Of a stretch of 37,775 bases of DNA, positions 33,609-37,775 are shown piece after piece. This DNA is from Chiloscyllium plagiosum (lineage: Eukaryota): the NCBI RefSeq assembly GCF_004010195.1, contig NW_025215306.1, positions 42,199-79,973 of the forward strand. Direction: 5' to 3'. The first letter of the stretch is position 1; each line of letters opens with the position of its first letter. Both the position numbers and the translations under genes were made by a program. The notes beneath the pieces are model-generated. The model did no database searches and was not told the origin of the DNA. It was given only the letters and a program-made list of their open reading frames with translations.

Positions 33609-33939
33609 AAAGTTCAGCAAGTTGTTACCAACCTAACTACCTCTATCTAAAATGAATGCTGAGTTCAACTAAGTTGTGGTCACTGCTTCCGAGGAGATCT
33701 TTTTCTCTGACATAATTTATTAAACCTACCTCACTATATATCACCGAAACAAAACAGTTTGATCCCTGTTTTAATCCATAACATATTGTTTTGTAAAACT
33801 GACCCAAATACCAGTCCCATTGGTAAAAGCACATCCCTCATGAAGGTGTGTAATATTCTGTCTTGATTTACTTTGGTTCCTGGGGCCAGTTTGAACTGTT
33901 CACAAGTGCTTGTGAATCTGTGAACTGACAGTGGATTTG

Positions 33940-34300
33940 AACAGAAAACAGTGGCACCATATACAGAAAGGCCTTGATCTTCAGGCCTCTACTGCATGGG
34001 ATAGTCACCAAGACAAATCCACACTCTGCTTGATGGACTCAGCAAACAGCTGTATACAACACAAAAACAAGGCAGGAGAAAGTGGGCAGCCCTGCCTGAG
34101 TCCAGGTTTGATCAGGAATCTTCCTGATTCCTACCCACTGAATTAGACTGCACTAATGATGTCAGTGTGGAACAGTTGGATTCAATTGTAGATCTCTTCC
34201 CCAAAGCCCATTTTGGAGACCACATCTGTCATGGAGCTGTGTGATATACTATGTAGACAAGCAGGAAGCTGGAAGAACACAGCAGGGTCCAGGATGAAGC
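33940..34300 (-). mobile_element. Old Tx1/L1-like RT fragment
   Basis: The - strand reads MGFGEE...GLRQGCPLSPALF, interrupted by stops. Confidence 0.6.
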
Positions 34301-34606
34301 CTATGTCCACTGTCCTATTCTCCAAAGAGACAACTGTGTTTCTGAATAGCACAGGGTTCTCTTCCTCAGATATCGCTGTCTGCCATAGTGCAGGCCTGGT
34401 CAGAATGAACTACCATCCCCAGTTGATGATGACATTTAATTGAATTTGGTATCTCCATTCAACAACGAGATTAATCACTAGTTCCTGATTTCCTTCCTCT
34501 CCCCCTTCCCCTTCCCCTTCCCCTTGTCGATGAGGGTGATGATGCTCTTCCTTGTGGATTCCTACATGCTCCTGACCAGAAGCAGACTCTCATACACCTC
34601 TGTCAG

Positions 34607-34945
34607 CATGCTAGGAAATTGTTTCCGTTAGACGAGGAGACTAGGACCCGTGGACACAGCCTTAGAATTAGAGGGGGTCATTTCAGAACAGAAATGCAGA
34701 GACATTTCTTCAGCCAGAGAGTGGTGGACCTGTGGAATTCATTGCCACGGAGTGCAGTGGAAGCTGGGACACTAAATGTCTTCAAGGCCGAGATTGATAG
34801 ATTCTTGTTGTCTAGAGGAATTAAGGGCTACGGGGAGAACGCTGGTAAGTGGAGCTAAAATGCGCATCTGCCATGATTGAATGGCAGAGTGGACTCGATG
34901 GGCCGAATGGCCTTACTTCCACTCCTATGTCTTATGGTCTTATGG
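34607..34945 (+). mobile_element. Second young CR1 3' end, near-identical to 33268-33608
   Basis: atgctaggaaattgtttc...FFSQRVVDLWNSLP...(tcttatgg)n. Confidence 0.92.
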
Positions 34946-35648
34946 AAAGGATGTTTCCTTCATGGGAAAGGGAAGAATGAGGGAACAATATTAAAAACAA
35001 GGGGCCCTTTTAGTTTGAGGAGATGAGGAACAATGCTTTTTTCTCTTGGAAGGTGCAGAGTCTGTGGAGCTATCTTCACAGAAGGGAGGAGGCATGTTCA
35101 TTGAATAGTTTTACAAGGGTGGGTGGGAAGAGAAGAGATGGTGTTTGGGAGAGAGATTTTTTCAATACCAAGGGAGATGTATGACTAGGGAGGACAGGAG
35201 TTCAAGCTACAATTACATCAGCAATCTTACCAAATGGTTCACTCCTGCTCTTAAAACATGTGCCTGTGTTTGAGGCAAGAGAAAAAACACCAAGGCACAG
35301 AGACTCAGTAAATAGAAGGATGCAGAGTACCATAGAGGAACAAGACAGCCTTGGGGTACATATTAATTTCATTTTTCTGCCCAATTCCCATAACCCTCCA
35401 ACCCACTAACCCAGCATGCACTGCTGTCAGGGTGGTGAGAGAGATTCTAATCCTAGAGGCCAGTGATCTCTTTTCCTAAGGGATAGCAGGTTGTAAAACT
35501 AATCTCATTCTCTGTTGCCTCCAAGTCACTCACCATTTGGTCTGACAATTGTTGTCCCTTCCCTAAATATTGAACCACAATTCAAACTCACTTCCAATAA
35601 AACTGCGTAGCTTAGTTTTAGACACACACCAAGGACAGGTTTGACTGG

Positions 35649-35654
35649 TTTATT
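35649..35654 (-). terminator. Polyadenylation signal of ZP copy 2
   Basis: TTTATT on the + strand, 5 nt beyond the stop codon. Confidence 0.85.
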
Positions 35655-35659
35655 TGTAT

Positions 35660-35799
35660 TCAAGGTCTACAGGCCAATCTCATGACACTGGGGACAGACT
35701 GGGCTAGGTTCTTCATTCTGTACACTGCAGCCATCAGCATCAACAGGAACACCAGAAACCCAACAGCTACTCCAATCAAAATAGGAGATCCGGCAGCAC
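35660..35799 (-). CDS. zp4: ZP copy 2 last exon (TM helix and tail)
   Basis: GAAGSPILIGVAVGFLVFLLMLMAAVYRMKNLAQSVPSVMRLACRP*. 140 nt, with 6 nt differences from copy 1. Confidence 0.92.
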
Positions 35800-35873
35800 C
35801 TATGGGGAAGGAGGAAGGGGGTTCAGACATTGGAAAAGATGCTCAGGTGAACTAAACAAGGAACATCACTTAC

Positions 35874-35984
35874 CATTCTCATTAAGCAGCTGCTTAGACT
35901 GGCTGTTCTCAACTTCCAGGAGAACAACTGGACCAGGAGCACTTACCAAGGTCCCCTCATGGAGGAGAGCACTCCTGCGTGTCC
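35874..35984 (-). CDS. zp4: ZP copy 2 exon 8 equivalent (furin site, EHP)
   Basis: 111 nt, identical to 17337-17447. Confidence 0.92.
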
Positions 35985-36125
35985 CTGTTGGAGGGGGACA
36001 GGAGATGATTAGAATCCATGTTGACACTACAGCCAGGATGCTGTATCCTTGGTAATTGGAAATAGGGGATGTTCAGATCAGGAATGGAGGAGTTGATCTC
36101 AGATTTAGAACACCAAGGAACTCAC

Positions 36126-36198
36126 TTGGACCACATCTGGTTGTACAGTCATCCTGAGCAGAGGGAGAGCAAACCTCAGCACTGCAGTGCAAGTAAAT
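36126..36198 (-). CDS. zp4: ZP copy 2 exon 7 equivalent
   Basis: IYLHCSAEVCSPSAQDDCTTRCGP. 73 nt, with 1 nt difference from copy 1. Confidence 0.95.
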
Positions 36199-36311
36199 CT
36201 AGAAAAGGAGGAGAGATGTTAGGGGGAGTTTCCTGGAGATCAATAGGTTGCAGTCTAGAGACACAGCAAAAGGATTTCATGAGCTTGGCCTCATTCCTTC
36301 CATTTGGTTAC

Positions 36312-36459
36312 CTGTCCAGAGAGGGGCTGCTCAGACACTCCATCCAAGAAAACAAACGTCTTCACTTCAAACCGCTTGTGATGGGTTGGGAACTGCAGGC
36401 CAGAAGAGACACCTACTGGGTGTAGGAGGGTCAGATAGTCATCACCTTCATAGGGACAC
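36312..36459 (-). CDS. zp4: ZP copy 2 exon 6 equivalent (ZP-C)
   Basis: CPYEGDDYLT...FPTHHKRFEVKTFVFLD...LSGQ. 148 nt as in copy 1, with 2 nt differences and intact splice sites. Confidence 0.95.
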
Positions 36460-36643
36460 CTGAAACAGAAGGTCAGGTGACCAAGAGCTCTAAACCAAAC
36501 CAGAAATAGATTGCAAATAAAATCAGGTAGCAAGCAGGAGTTGCCTGGAAGGAGGGTGCCAAGAAGGGGCAAACATATCAAAAGCCATCTTGCACCAGGA
36601 TGTAGTGGACCTGGTCTAATACTTTCCAAAGTCTCTGCAACGT

Positions 36644-36958
36644 GGGCGGCACGGTGGCACAGTGGTTAGCACTGCTGCCTCACAGCGTCTGAGACCTGGG
36701 TTCAATTCCCGCCTCAGGCGACTTACTGTGTGGAGTTTGCACGTTCTCCATGTGTCTGCGTGGGTTTCCTCCGGGTGCTCCGGTTTCCTCCCACAGTCCA
36801 AAAGATGTGCAGGGTCAGGTGAATTGGCCATGCTAAATTGCCCGTAGTGTTAGGTAAGGGGTAAGTGTAGGGGTATGGGGTGGGTTTCGCTTCGGCGGGT
36901 CGGTGGGGACTTGTTGGGCCGAAGGGCCTGTTTCCACACTAATGTAATCTAATCTAAT
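36644..36958 (+). mobile_element. HE1-type V-SINE (full length) in the intron of ZP copy 2
   Basis: gggcggcacggtggcacagtggttagcactgc head, B box, V domain and (taatc)n tail. Absent from the paralogous intron of copy 1. Confidence 0.93.
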
Positions 36959-37775
36959 GTGCGTGTGTGCACGCGCGTGCGTGCACGCAGTGGGCATCAA
37001 AGGGCAGTGCTGTGTGATCAAAACAGTGAAGGGGAGGGTAGGAACTAAATCAAAATAGAGTTGGAGGGAGAAATGATGCACTCCACTCCCTGCAGCACCC
37101 ACCTCTCCCTGAACAACTCCAGGGTGTTGGTGGACACCGCGTGCTCCTTCAAGGACAGCCAGGCCCTAATGTAAAAAGTTAAGTCCTTAATTGCAATCCA
37201 CACTATTGGGATTGGTTGTTGGAGAAAACATCAAACAGCACTGATGAAGGCCAACATGTGATTGTGGAGGGAGATTTCTAGAAACTATTTGACAAGGTGT
37301 CAGTGACAGCAGGGAGTCAGGGCAACATTAACAAGGTAAATGTTTGGTCAGCTGACCATCAGGTTGAAACAGCAGGGCCTTCAGTTAGTGGAGGGAAGAA
37401 GGATTTGATCTGGAGAATCATAGGAGACTTCAACACGGACACTGAAGAGATGTTGCTCAAGAGTTCCTAAAATAAGGGAGTAACAAGGAGTTTTCTATTG
37501 AAGGTGGGGCAGGAGGTTCAGTAGCCAGTCAATTTTAAAATCCTCTTCCAGAGAGGAAATGCCTTGGCAACATTAAGGCACATTCTTAAGGACAAGTCAA
37601 GGATCATGAAGGAAGATCAAATAATAATTAGTGGAAATCACAAATGAACCATGATTGGAAGAAAAAGGCACAAGTATTGGCACTATGTACATATATTATA
37701 CACATTTTACTGTGACACTATACTGTAAGAATGTAGTCTTCATTCCACACAGTCCAAATCCAGCCTTTCCATTCA

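Larger units (their letters stand above)
29413..35530 (-). repeat. Segmental duplication unit, flank C (downstream of ZP copy 2, inverted)
   Basis: The reverse complement matches 19600-19680 plus 22350 onward, and 1-5910. Confidence 0.9.

Noticed and set aside
36958..36990. Short palindromes (gcacgcgcgtgc, tgcgtgcacgca)
   Set aside because: A degenerate (GT/GC)n microsatellite next to a SINE tail; such palindromes are expected in alternating purine-pyrimidine sequence.

Overview
Eukaryotic, repeat-rich vertebrate DNA. The HE1/V-SINEs, CR1 LINEs with esterase ORF1 and Penelope-like remnants point to a cartilaginous fish (shark); this is an inference from the repeat repertoire. The window is part of a duplicated zona pellucida (ZPB class, ZP1/ZP4-like) egg-coat gene array. 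Copy 1 (+ strand, ATG 7395, stop 17660) has a CCAAT/TATA promoter. Its first exon joins the signal peptide directly to a trefoil domain, followed by a ZP-N/ZP-C module, furin site RTRR, EHP, TM helix and an AATAAA just after the stop. It carries an apparent internal deletion at about 15597 that fuses two exons out of frame. Copy 2 (- strand) shows only its last four exons (36459 down to 35660) and runs off the right edge, tail-to-tail with copy 1. A ~6-7 kb downstream flank occurs three times (1-7116 +, ~22347-28240 +, ~35530-29413 -), which implies a further ZP copy just left of the window. Two 500-N gaps (10413-10912, 28913-29412) limit certainty about exon 1 linkage and about the inversion. 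Most ORFs in the supplied track are repeat-derived or spurious. All alignments and identities were read by eye.
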